A stretch of 64,000 bases of DNA, taken from the NCBI GenBank assembly GCA_030704615.1, contig CM060731.1, positions 35,526,001 to 35,590,000 on the forward strand, written 5' to 3'. Source of the stretch: Takakia lepidozioides. Lineage: Eukaryota > Plantae > Bryophyta. The first letter of the stretch is position 1. The number at the start of each line of letters is the position of its first letter. Shown one piece after another: positions 1-10,706 of this stretch. The notes under the pieces were generated by a model. That model saw nothing but the letters and a program-made list of their open reading frames with translations, had not been told where the DNA came from and made no database searches. A program made the translations under genes and the position numbers.

Positions 1-1300
1 GTGAAGTTCTCACGTCCCTCCCAACTCCCTAGTTGAAGAGGAACATCAAACGCCAACATCGTCGCCAATTGTGGTTCTCTTTTGGCGGAACGCACCTCAA
101 TAGAGGCCCCAACGTCACTTGTCGGGAGCCCCAGCTTTCGTGTTGTTGTCGGTGTCATGAAGGAATGTGACGCTCCTATGTCCACCAACAACGACACATT
201 AGTTCCGGAAATTATCCCATCCACGAACAATAACTGACTTCCTTTACGTAGGGCGCCAGTTTCCTGATACAACTCACAAGAGTAGTTGCCTACCTTGCAA
301 ATCTTGGCGACCACCGCTTCCACCAAGCGGCTGATGGACTCTCCCGACAGCTCTGTGGTCGCCCGAGTCATGTTCAATTGTCGGGGCTTTGCGCACTTCT
401 TAGCCATGTGCCCGGGCTCGCAATTAAAGCACACTCCATCGAAGGTCACATTTTGTCTGCCATAAGGCGTCGCACCTGATTTTCCTTTCGGAGCACCGAG
501 TGTCGTCTTGGCGTGTGAAGGCCCTCCCTTCGATTTCCACGTGCCATTGTTGCCGCGTGGCCTATCCCACTTCTTTTCCGGTCGAAATGAGTCACCATCC
601 CGCCGGGTCTTCTTGTGGTTCAGCTCCGTACGGCCTTGTACTTCGCCCTTAGGGACATCCGAGAAGCATTCAGCCCTCTCAATTGCCTCGTTCAAAGTCT
701 TAGGTGGCTTCTCCTCCAACTTCCGCTTGGCCCATGGGGCCAGTCCCGCCACAAAGTTGAAGACCATTTCTAGTTCTGCCCTGTCCGCAACTTCCAGCAA
801 CAGCATATTGAAAGCCTGAACATATCCCCGAATGTCATCTGTTTGCTTCACATTCTTCATCTTGTCCCGGGCAAGTCAGGACGCGTTGAGAGGCACAAAC
901 TGTCTCTTCATCAGTTCCTTAAACCCACTCCAGTTCAAGGTGTCCGGGTTTGGACCTCGGTCGTGAAGGCGTTTCTGCCACCATTGTTGAGCATAGCCCA
1001 TTAAATAGGTGGGAGCCACTTCCACCCAATCCTCGTCACTCAACTTGGCCGCCGGAAGTACTGCTCTAGCTCCAAGAGCCAGGTTTTGAGTGCCTTCGAT
1101 TTCGGACGCCCTCGAAGGTGTCGGGTTCCTTAGGCTTCACCTTAAATTTTGCCTTAGTGGAAGTGGCATTAGCCGCCTTCAACATGTCTTTCAACATCCC
1201 GCCAAACTACGCCAACAACCCTTCCCAAAAGGCTGCTAGCATGGGAGACATATGTTGGTCTGTCGGAGCTCTCAGGGATTCCTCGGGCTCCGACTCCTCA
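1..1300 (-). mobile_element. Ty3/gypsy LTR retrotransposon gag region (degenerate; the element continues off the left edge)
   Basis: Minus-strand translation gives retrotransposon gag motifs (KPKEPDTFEG, YLMGYAQQWW, WSGFKELMKRQF, FVAGL) and a zinc knuckle CFNCEPGHMAKKC near 395-435. It contains in-frame stops and a frameshift. Confidence 0.9.
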
Positions 1301-1490
1301 GATTTCTCCCGTTCTTGAGCGGCCTCACTTTCAAAAGCATGCATCGCTTCGTCAAATGGCCGCTTCGGTGACACGTCGCCCCCATCGGGCTCACCAGGAA
1401 AATCATCTTTCGGGCCGTTCCGCTTTCGCTTTGGCTTGCCCGACCCCATGATGAGGCCAAACCCAAGGACGACCGCGTACTGAACTCTAA

Positions 1491-1502
1491 GCTCTGATAC
1501 CA
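1491..1502 (-). promoter_or_regulatory. Primer binding site complementary to tRNA-iMet 3' end (TGGTATCAGAGC)
   Basis: gctctgatacca on + strand, 2 nt from the LTR end, upstream of gag. Confidence 0.9.
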
Positions 1503-1504
1503 AG

Positions 1505-2705
1505 TGTCGCGTACCTCACTTCGGTAAGTTCCCCTTCAAGTCATAGTTACTCGCTTTGATGCGCTCGCCTAACTCCCAACCTGGCCGCTGGGCCAACTTG
1601 GAACTTCGGCTACTCACCGAGACATAACGGTCCCCCTTTACTCTTCCACCAGACCCTCCACCAATCTGGGCCTAGTGGAAATTCCCTTTGGTAGATGGCA
1701 GTCCGGAATAGCTCCCCACTCCTTGGTCGTTTACCGGCTCGCTCGCTTACTCACTAGTTTTTGGTCACCAACAGGCTTGCACCGTTCTCGGGGTTACTAC
1801 TCCCTATATATACTTCTGTGACTGTCCGCGGGGTTTTCACAAACAACCATGTCATTTTATGGTGAACCACCACGAAGACCCTCGATTCCCGGTGATGAGT
1901 CACGGTGAGTCTTGGCCCTCCCACCATGGCCCCATTGGACCGTGATGAGTCCCAAGACTCCCATGACTCCCACCACAAGGTCTCCGCCCATGGTGAGTCC
2001 TATGCCACCCCCACTAAGTCCCACTAAGTCCCACTAAGCTACCACCACCCCTTGTGGAGCCACCCCCACCGCAACCCGGTGTGCGGGGCTCCACCTAGTG
2101 AGCGCGTCCGCCTCCTTGAGTGCCTTGGGCACTCAAGGGTGCTTCAGCCCCCGTACCTATCGCTGCCACTACCCCCACCACAAGGGCAGCCCCTCTTGCG
2201 TCCCGACCCCCTGCCCTCAAGGCAAAGGGCCGCGACACACCCACCACGGCCCCATTGGACCGTGATGAGTCCCAAGACTCCCACGATTCCCACCACAAGG
2301 TCTCCGCCCATGGTGAGTCCTATGCCACCCCCACTAAGTCCCACTAAGCTACCACCACCCCTGTGGAGCCACCCCCACCAAACCCGGTGTGCGGGGCTCC
2401 ATCTAGTGAGCGCCTCCACCTCCTTGAGTGCCTTGGGCACTCAAGGGTGCTTCAGCCCCCCGTACCTATCGCTGCCACTACCCACCACAGGGGCAGCCCC
2501 TCCTGCGTCCCGACCCCCTGCCCTCAAGGCAAAGGGCCGCGACAATCCGGCTCAGCAACAACCTCCCAAAGGAGAGCTGACTGAACCGGCCCCTGGCGCA
2601 TCCAAGATGTGGACAAGAGGGGGGTACTGCCCTCGGTGGCAGACAAGCCCTCCGCTGCAGCTGTCGACGGGGCTGGTTAACCGTGAGACGCCATGGCGCG
2701 TCACA
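1505..2705 (-). mobile_element. 5' LTR (about 1.2 kb) of the gypsy element
   Basis: On the minus strand it starts TGTGACGCG and ends CGCGACA, directly before the PBS. The partner LTR is outside the window, so the outer boundary is inferred from the terminal inverted motif. Confidence 0.75.
1921..2545. repeat. Tandem duplication of about 320 bp inside the LTR
   Basis: ccacca(t/c)ggccccattggaccgtgatgagtcccaagactccc...ggcaaagggccgcgaca occurs at about 1921-2240 and 2241-2545. Confidence 0.9.
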
Positions 2706-2989
2706 CGTGCCCAGAGCAAACGCATTGTCCGCCCCTTTCTTTGGGGCAGGGGACTTCTTCTCTTTCCCCATAAGCGGGCACCTGTCATGCAAATGGTCCA
2801 CAAGTTGGCATCATTAGGAAACAACCTCTACATTCCAGATCAAAAACAAAAAAAACCAAGCATGTCGGGGGCTGAGAGCAGCAAGTGTTCGGGTCTCGAG
2901 AGGGGGCAACAAAGAGAAAAGAAAAATGTGGGGTGGGGGGGGGTGACTAAGCATCACCAGCAACTGCTGAGCACCACGGGCTCAGTCAA

Positions 2990-3117
2990 CCCCCCCCCGC
3001 CCCCCCACCCCCCCCCCCCCCCCCCCCCCCCCACCCCCCCCCCCACCCCCCCCCCCCATTTTTTTATTTTTTTTGTTTCCTGATCTCTCCCTCTCTCTCT
3101 CCCTCTCTGTCCCTCTG

Positions 3118-3153
<36 letters not shown>

Positions 3154-3170
3154 CCTCTTTTTTTTTCTGC
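2990..3170. repeat. Poly-C tract followed by T-rich sequence and a (CT)n microsatellite
   Basis: About 68 nt of almost pure C, then (ct)n; directly visible. Confidence 0.9.
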
Positions 3171-3224
3171 TCACAAAAATAAACAAACCACAGGGGAGAG
3201 AGGGTGCAGAAAAAGTTAAAAAGA

Positions 3225-3940
3225 TTGTACTCATAAGACGTTGTTTGCCGTAGCCTTGTGGCCATTGACCCCAGGCCCAGTTTGAGCGGAAACAAAAGGG
3301 ACAAAACTTGCCTCTGTCAGGGGCTGACGTTGGTAGTAAGACTTATCTTCACATATAGAATTAATCCGGGTTTTCCAGATATCCTCTAGAAATCCCTTCA
3401 CACAAACATCAATCTGTTGTGTGTGATTTGCCCAATAATTAGGCCTTAAGAGGGCCTGGGCTTTTGGCTCAGCCTTGAGACTTTCAAAGTTGGTAAACAG
3501 AGGTACATGCACAATTCCTTTGATAGATTTGAAGAGAGCGTCTCTTTGGTGAGAGAACCCCGGACAGTGTATCATAAAATGAGTATTGTCTTCAGATTGC
3601 CCACACAACGGGCAATTGCACTCCCCCTTTCTTCTCTGCTTCTGTTTGCTGTTCAAAGGTAGGCTTCCTGCCTTGAGTTGAAATTTCAGTCTAGTGCCGA
3701 GAGTGGGTAGACCCTTGAGGTCATCCAAGATGTCCTCCCCCATGTCACTGACTGAAAACAAGTTCAGGGAAGTTTTCTGCCTAACTTCATTTTCATCAGA
3801 CAATCTCATGGCAACAGACATGGCTTTGGACACTACAGCCTCTAAGTCAGATTTATCAACCCATATTGCAGATCTGTACTCCAAGGCAGGTCTAATAATG
3901 CGACAAAACATGGTTTTCTTAACCTCAGAGTTGACCCCTC
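3225..3940 (-). mobile_element. 5'-truncated non-LTR retrotransposon (RTEX-like ORF2 C-terminus) with 20-bp TSD
   Basis: ORF 3231-3983 contains RLKFQLKAGSLPL...CPLCGQSEDNTHFMIHCP, a LINE C-terminal zinc motif. It is flanked by the perfect direct repeat tgcagaaaaagttaaaaaga at 3205-3224 and 3941-3960. The clade assignment is inference. Confidence 0.85.
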
Positions 3941-4199
3941 TGCAGAAAAAGTTAAAAAGAGAGAGAGAGGGAAAGATATTCATGTCATGTCAAGACATGG
4001 ACAAGACCAACTAGGGTCATTGTCAATTAAAGACATAAACAGCCCATGACAGGGCACCATCTAACACTTCCAGTCTTGTCATAGCACACCAAGTGACGAC
4101 ACCCATTAAGTCATGATAAAACAGGGTGGGAGGGCGGGGTATATTCATAATCAGATTCCTGTCATGTACCCAAGTGACCCTCTTGCACAATATAAGTCA

Positions 4200-4800
4200 G
4201 ATTGCAGCCTCAGATTATATCATCCATAGTTATCCATAAGATATGCATCATGCAAGATATCATGGGCATATAAGAACTTCTTGCCACATTTCAGATCCAA
4301 GATATGTATACACAAGTACCTTGAAGTGATCCAAGACAAGCATTATGCAAGGTAGGTAAGAACAGCCTGCCCTACAGCAAATTCAGGGAATGTACACACA
4401 GGCAACTGGAAGGACCAGCCTGCAATTAATTACACTTCGGGCATGCAACCAAGTAAACTTCTTGGGCATGACAAACCATATTGCAGCTTCACATTTGGCC
4501 AATTGTAAGTACCCCAAGGCGTGCATCATGCAAGGCCTTATGGGTAGGTGAAAACAACCTGTCATTGTACAGATTCAAGACCTGTGTACACAGGAATCTT
4601 GCTGGGCCAGCCTGCAGTTAATCAGACTCCAAACATGCAACCAACCACTTTGGGCATGACAAGATTGAGTGCGACTTCATTCTACACCATGTACAGTTGC
4701 CCCAAGATATGCATCATGTAAGGCATTTTGGAATGGAAGAAATGCCTGCCCTGTCACAACATCCAGATATGGACACACATACAATTTGAGTACCCAAGAT
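4200..4800. repeat. Degenerate tandem repeat (period about 190 bp)
   Basis: Recurring gcatcatgcaagg, ccagcctgca(a/g)ttaat, catgcaaccaa and ttgggcatgacaa motifs. Confidence 0.55.
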
Positions 4801-6649
4801 CAAGCCCACTTGGCCAAAATAAATCATACAATGCATGTAGCTGTTCAGATGGCAAAATAAGGTAACTAATCACTGGCCAAAGTCCATTAGAGCTTACCCC
4901 ATCACTGTTTCCCAAGAGGCTAATGCCATGTTTTGCAAATAGAATCTTACTATGCTCCATTCCACATCAAATCCAGGCCTGAAAGAGGCCTGTCATTGCC
5001 TTATCAGGCTGCCATCTTTAAACAAACCAGGCCTCCTCTTCCTTAGAACCTAACAGCCACTGATGCCTTTACCCTTAAACCATCAATCCTCTTTTAAGGC
5101 CAAAACTGTACCTAGTCTAAAAATCCACAGACACAGCTGTCAAAGATTCAAGACAGGGTAAGATTCAGATGTTGTGCTTCAAGAGACAGGGCTGCCAGGC
5201 CGAAATGCTCCAGCAACGGCAGCAAAACATAAGTCAAAAGTAAGCATCAACATGTCAAACTGGGAGCAAACGGGCCGAAATCGGGGCTGCAGGCAGCAGC
5301 CAAGTCATGACGCCATATAGAGTATGTTCCTTTTGCTCACATCCTTATCTGCAAGCTCAAGAGAATTCAAAGCAAGTAGGGATCCTCACCTGGTCCCATC
5401 ACAAGCCCCCACAAAAACCAACAGGTTAGTGAGGATTGTGGAACCCCAGGTGAATCACAGACCCCTGCACTTGTCATCGATGTCAACTAAGAACCTCAAA
5501 AGCAAGAGAGAAAGACATAAAGGAAAAGGAACCCTAATCACCAAAAGCACCTTGAGCGATTGGGGAAGTGTGCGCCATCGCCACCAGCAAGCCACCTCCA
5601 GCACAGCTAAGGAGAAGTGAAGCATAAGCATCCTTACTAGGTTTCAGAAGGGAGAGGGAGAGATATACTTCCCCACACAAGCGCCGCTGCGAAACATAAA
5701 AGCCAGAGGAGGGAAAGAGACGATGCCATCACGTCTCCCGCCTGTGAGAAGAGACAAGACGCCGCCATTGCGCATCCCCAGGAGCTCGTCCGGCATGGGC
5801 ATGAAGCAACAGACAGGGTAGCAGCAGAGCTCAGACGCCATAAACTCCAACCCGCGAACTCAGAAGCACGAGGAGTGCTACTGACGCGGAGAGACCCCTA
5901 GGGCAGGATGAGTAATCAACACCCCTTATTTCAAAACCCGACAGATGTCATCCGTTAGCTAGGTTTAAATAGTAGGTTATAGGGTAGGGGTTAGGGTTTC
6001 ACTCCTTAATTAGCCATAATTAAGGGTAATTAAACAGAGGTCCAGGGCCATCATAAGCTGCATTTTTCATCCGGTTCAGATGAAAAAGTTTATAAGTTCA
6101 TCTAATTGGAGAAGGTCCGTCAGTAGGATGAAAAAATAGTACATATCATCCAAGGCAACGGTTTCTCATCCTAACAGGTAATTCATCATCCCCTAGGGAA
6201 AGTCTCATCCATTACGGAAAAAAAGCCGTAAAAGAGGAATAAAATGAATTAATATCCTGGTATTTTTCATCTGGTATAGATGGAAAAATTATAGGATGCC
6301 AGTGTCAACCTTTACAGAGGTAATTCCTCATTCTCTGGTGACTCATCTGGTATAGATGAAAGTCAATAAAAGAGCAATGAAAAAACCATAGACCCATTTT
6401 AGAGGTATTTTAGTGTCCACCCAGGTAATTCATCCGGTATGGATAGAAAAATCTTTATAGGGCAGGTGAAAACACTGTTTAGAATCCATCCAGTATAGAT
6501 GGAAAAACATGAAAAACACACTGATACAACCGGCCAATTCCGAGGAGGGAGACAGAGGGAGAGAGGGGGCACCCACCAACCAGCCCCTGGTATGGCAGTC
6601 CCTTATGGAGTGAGTGTGGTATGCACTCACCCCGTAAGGGAGTGCATAC

Positions 6650-9340
6650 CAGACCCCTTCATAAGGTTTCTCCCACTGCAAAAGTAGTTCCAAATCCCTG
6701 GACAAAATTGTCAAAAGGGGTTGGAAAACCTACTTCCTCCCCATAAAATACATATCATCCACTTGAATAAAAGAGGACATATATACGGCCATGTGGAATT
6801 CTTTTTCCAAAGAATAGCAGTTGCATGTCATTCGAACTGAAAACATGGATAATCAAACAAGGGACAGATTCTCTTTAGACCTTGGTATGATATATAGATG
6901 ATTGTACCACATTGCCATGAGTAGATAATTAACTACTATGGATGTGGATATCAGTCTGCATATATCCAGTATAAGCCCCATTCTCCCAAACTTGGGGGCC
7001 GAAGCCTCTGAGCCGATGCCACGGATATTCCATGACTTGACGACAAAGGTCATGATTGGGGCCAGTGAGGGCCCGAGATGACATCTCAAATTGATGGCCC
7101 ATAGGAGGAGAAAAAGAATTGAGTGCGGTTATCAGCATGAGGAAGCGAAGAGCACCCCGAAGGAGGAGACGGAGAAGTCGAGAGCTCAAAGACCGCCAGA
7201 CCGACAGAACAAGCAGCTCTCTTATGCCGAGAATCCAAACCCAAAGGAGCTACTTTGCCTTTCTTTCTATTGAAGAGAAAGCAGGCCGAAAGCGAGCTGG
7301 AAAAACCCAAGAAAGCAGCAACCACAGGGAGCAAAAAATGCAGACATTCTGGAGGACTGCCAGCTTAAAAAAACCATACTGGGAGCACTCGCAGGAAATC
7401 ATGATCTCTAAGCAGCACCAACCTACGATTACGTGAGAGAGGGTCAGCACAACATATGAAGAGGGGCGTGGCAGAGAAAGACTTGCTCACCGATGGCACC
7501 AAGGGGGCCATCCGAGCATCAACCGGAGACTGGCGATCCGGGCTGGGGTCCAGCGAGGCTGACCCGGTAACATTAGCAATAGTCATAAGACCTTCTCCAC
7601 CCACTGACAATGGTGACTGTGGCTGAGCCGGGCGGACAGGCCCTGTTGAGCTCGAAATTGCATCCACAAGAGCAAACCCTGCCTTCAGGAGAGTAGAACT
7701 CTTAATGACTCCCACATCAAGATGGTGAGGGTTCAGAAGGGTTTGCTTAGAAATCCAGGAGCTATGAAGAACCTCAACATTCTGGCGCAACACATCATCA
7801 ACACACATGACCATCAAAACCTGGACCGTCGAGAACTCAAAGGACGATGAGTTTTCCACAAAGGCACCGAAATAAGCTACCGAATCCTTGGTGAGCCTAA
7901 ACTGAGGACAATTTGTGTAAAACAGATCTTTAACCACTAGCAGTGCTCACCGTATCGACCTCTTGCATAGCCTCAAAAGATTCAGCCACCTTTCTAGAGA
8001 CCCAAGAGCCGCACATTCCTCCGTCTCCTCCCGAGAGGTATAACACAGGGGGTACCATCCCTATGTTTGTAAATGATTGGAGTAATGTTGATCGCTGCCT
8101 GAGCTCCGATGGCCGTGTTCTCAGGGGACCACTGACCCATGGAAAATGAGCGGAGGGCCAAACAAGTGGTCGCCAGATTCCACAAAGGGGCCTCCATAGC
8201 TTTTAACGCTGCCTTTGATGTTGAGAGATCCAGAGCTAGGGCCTTGTCAACATCAGATTTAGAGCAAAACAACACAGTGTAAAAGCCCCTCCCCATCGAA
8301 TGGCGAAAGTGGTGGGTGAGGCCACCCCTTGCGCCCAAATTCACAATTATCCACTTGCGGATCCACTTCCTATCATGGACACTGTTAGGAAAGTGAGCCA
8401 AGAGACCGTGCTGTGCCAGCTTATGCGACTGTGATTTAACAAAGTCCATGTTGAGGCTTAGAACCAGCTGGTCCTCCCTGCATTATTCGAAGCTCCTGCC
8501 CATGGGATTATCGCAGAGCTCGCTACTGGCTCCGGCCCTTTACCCAACAAGGAAGCTGTTGATTGAGAGCCCCTACCGTGCCCAGACCAAGAACCTCTAC
8601 CTTTAGCAGAGCTGCCACTCTTCCTGCGATTAGACATCTCTCTGGAGGACATAATGAGAGAGAACACCCGAGAGAGAGAGAAAGGAGGATGGACAGGGGG
8701 CGAAGTAGAAGAAGACCTGCTAGAGAGTTTACAGCGAGTTCCACTCTCACGGAAGGAGAAGCTCAGCCGCTAATCTCTTGTAAACATATCCTCCCTCCCA
8801 ATTCTGACAGGAGTCACCCGAACATCCAAGGCAGGAAGGACCGCGAGCCGACTTAGAAGACCAACATTAACACCGAGGAACTGGGAACAACTCCGCCAGA
8901 TACCCAACCTCGAGAGAAGCGCAACGCACTGCAACCAGCCTTGCCAGTGAGGGGGGGCAATAGCTGGATAACAATGAATTCCGGGCGAGCCATTAAGGAA
9001 AGCATCCCAGCTCCGAATTCATTAGAGGAAGGCAACACAGGGCTCTAGAAGGATGATAGCCTTATGAAGTGGAGAAAGAACCAATTTTGGACGATAGAGA
9101 GAGATGACTCATCCAAGCGATGGAGTCTTTTAGAAGAGGGGGAAAAAAGGGCGGCTGCCATTGAGGCCTCGCCGCACAGCACAGAGGAAACTAATCATGC
9201 TCATTAGTGGAGCAGGAGGGTTGATGAGAGGAAGTAGATGAGCTTGCAGCTCACACTGGGCCACACGAGGAAGCTCACGCCCAGGCTTGGAAAAAATTCT
9301 AAGTCCTGGGAGCTCCTCACCCCGCAATTCGCGGAGCTAC
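6650..9340 (-). mobile_element. Degenerate L1-clade LINE (ORF1 plus start of ORF2 endonuclease)
   Basis: ORF1 DUF4283-like segment (7994-8449, WIRKWI..MGRGFYTVLFCSKSDVDKAL) is followed by the AP-endonuclease start SWNIRGIG (about 7050-7015). The frames are fragmented and the ends are approximate. Confidence 0.7.
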
Positions 9341-9384
9341 CAACTTTTGTGTAAACTTGATGAAAGCAATTAGTTAGTGCCAAT

Positions 9385-9632
9385 ATAAATATAAATATAT
9401 AAATATATATGTGAAAAGGGAAACACCTGGGAGCGACAGCGAGTCACAAATCAGGCCCCTTCATAGTAGGAGGAGAAAATAACCTCTTTCACAGTAACCT
9501 CGCTGTGAAGGCTTTGCGATGCCACACGTGCGCAAGGAAGAGGGAGAAGAGCGTACCACACCCGTCAAGTAGCAGGATTTGACCCCAGAATCATCTGGTG
9601 GGACCCAGTGCACTTACCAACTGAGCTACTGA
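9385..9632 (-). mobile_element. tRNA-derived SINE, copy 1
   Basis: Minus strand shows an A box (TAGCTCAGTTGG), a B-box-like GGGTCAAATCC, the body GCGAGGTTACTGTGAAAGAGGTTATTTTCTCC and an AT-rich tail. It is homologous to the copy at 52560-54107. Confidence 0.8.
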
Positions 9633-10706
9633 CTGTTAGTTACAAATTCTAGGTACAAAAACAACGAAAATATTCACCATTGGATTTTCATCATCGTTGG
9701 GTGAGTGACAGTCATAGGCCAACATACCCTAGACATATATATATTGAGTTGTCCGACATGTACAAGCGAAACCCACAATCTGCCCACAAAAGAAGACAGA
9801 GAAGCAAGCGCACACACCAATGGTTGCACCACATGTGTGGTGTATACATTTCAAGCATACATAGTAATTCCAAGATATTGTGTCCTTGATGTCACGCATC
9901 ATTGGCCCATTTTCAGAAAGAGTCTCGCATTGGATAAGAGAAGGGCCTTCAGATCTTACTACCTGAACGTCTGAGATCTGTTGCGTGGTGAGGTACCCTA
10001 CCCGCTTTGGTACAGGTGGCGTTTCAGCACTGGTGCGCGAGCCACAAACCCATCCTACCGGATTGTGTGGGAACACGCGACATCCACTGCTGGCCCCCAC
10101 CCGGGTTGTTCCCAGGGTTCCTCGAGAGCTCCCGGGGGTGCGCGTGGGGGGAAGCCTGCCCCACGCACTTGTGGCTACGGGGAGCGCGCGTGCCACGCTC
10201 GCTCTCGCTCTCTGCCAGGATTGGCCACTGCGCTATTGCGTTGATAGTCTTTGCAACAATTGCAGACATTGCCGTGTGAATTTTCTCTTCCTGGATGCCT
10301 GCACAGTCGGGCCATGTAATCTTGTTGATGAGATTTCGGTAGTTTGTTTTGCTGTGCACAGATTGATCGGTTTTGAGCCTGATTTGTTCATGGGAGCATC
10401 GAACAGCAAGGAAGGAGCTGCGTGTGTTAGAGAGGGGGCAGGTAGATGATGAGGATGGCATAATGTATATGACAGGAAGGGGATAGGCCTTACGTGTCCG
10501 GATTTTTCCGTCCTTGAGATCGAAGGGCATGGCAGTATCTTCTCATTTGTGATTCTTCTCGTTCTAAGCTGCCCTGGAGGCTACGGTCACTCTTCTGCCT
10601 CTTTGCCGCCTTGAATATGGGATGCAACAGGGGTGCCAGCAGCGGATACAGTGAGTTCATAGATAATCTGGTTGGATGACTCTCCTGTCGCTCTCCCAGT
10701 GACGCG

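Noticed and set aside
2052-3083. 343-aa Pro-rich ORF
   Set aside because: It runs through the GC-rich LTR tandem repeat and the poly-C tract; no domain evidence.
9729-10530. Several overlapping 90-170 aa ORFs upstream of CAO
   Set aside because: GC-rich promoter/5' UTR sequence; ORFs on both strands with no coding signature.
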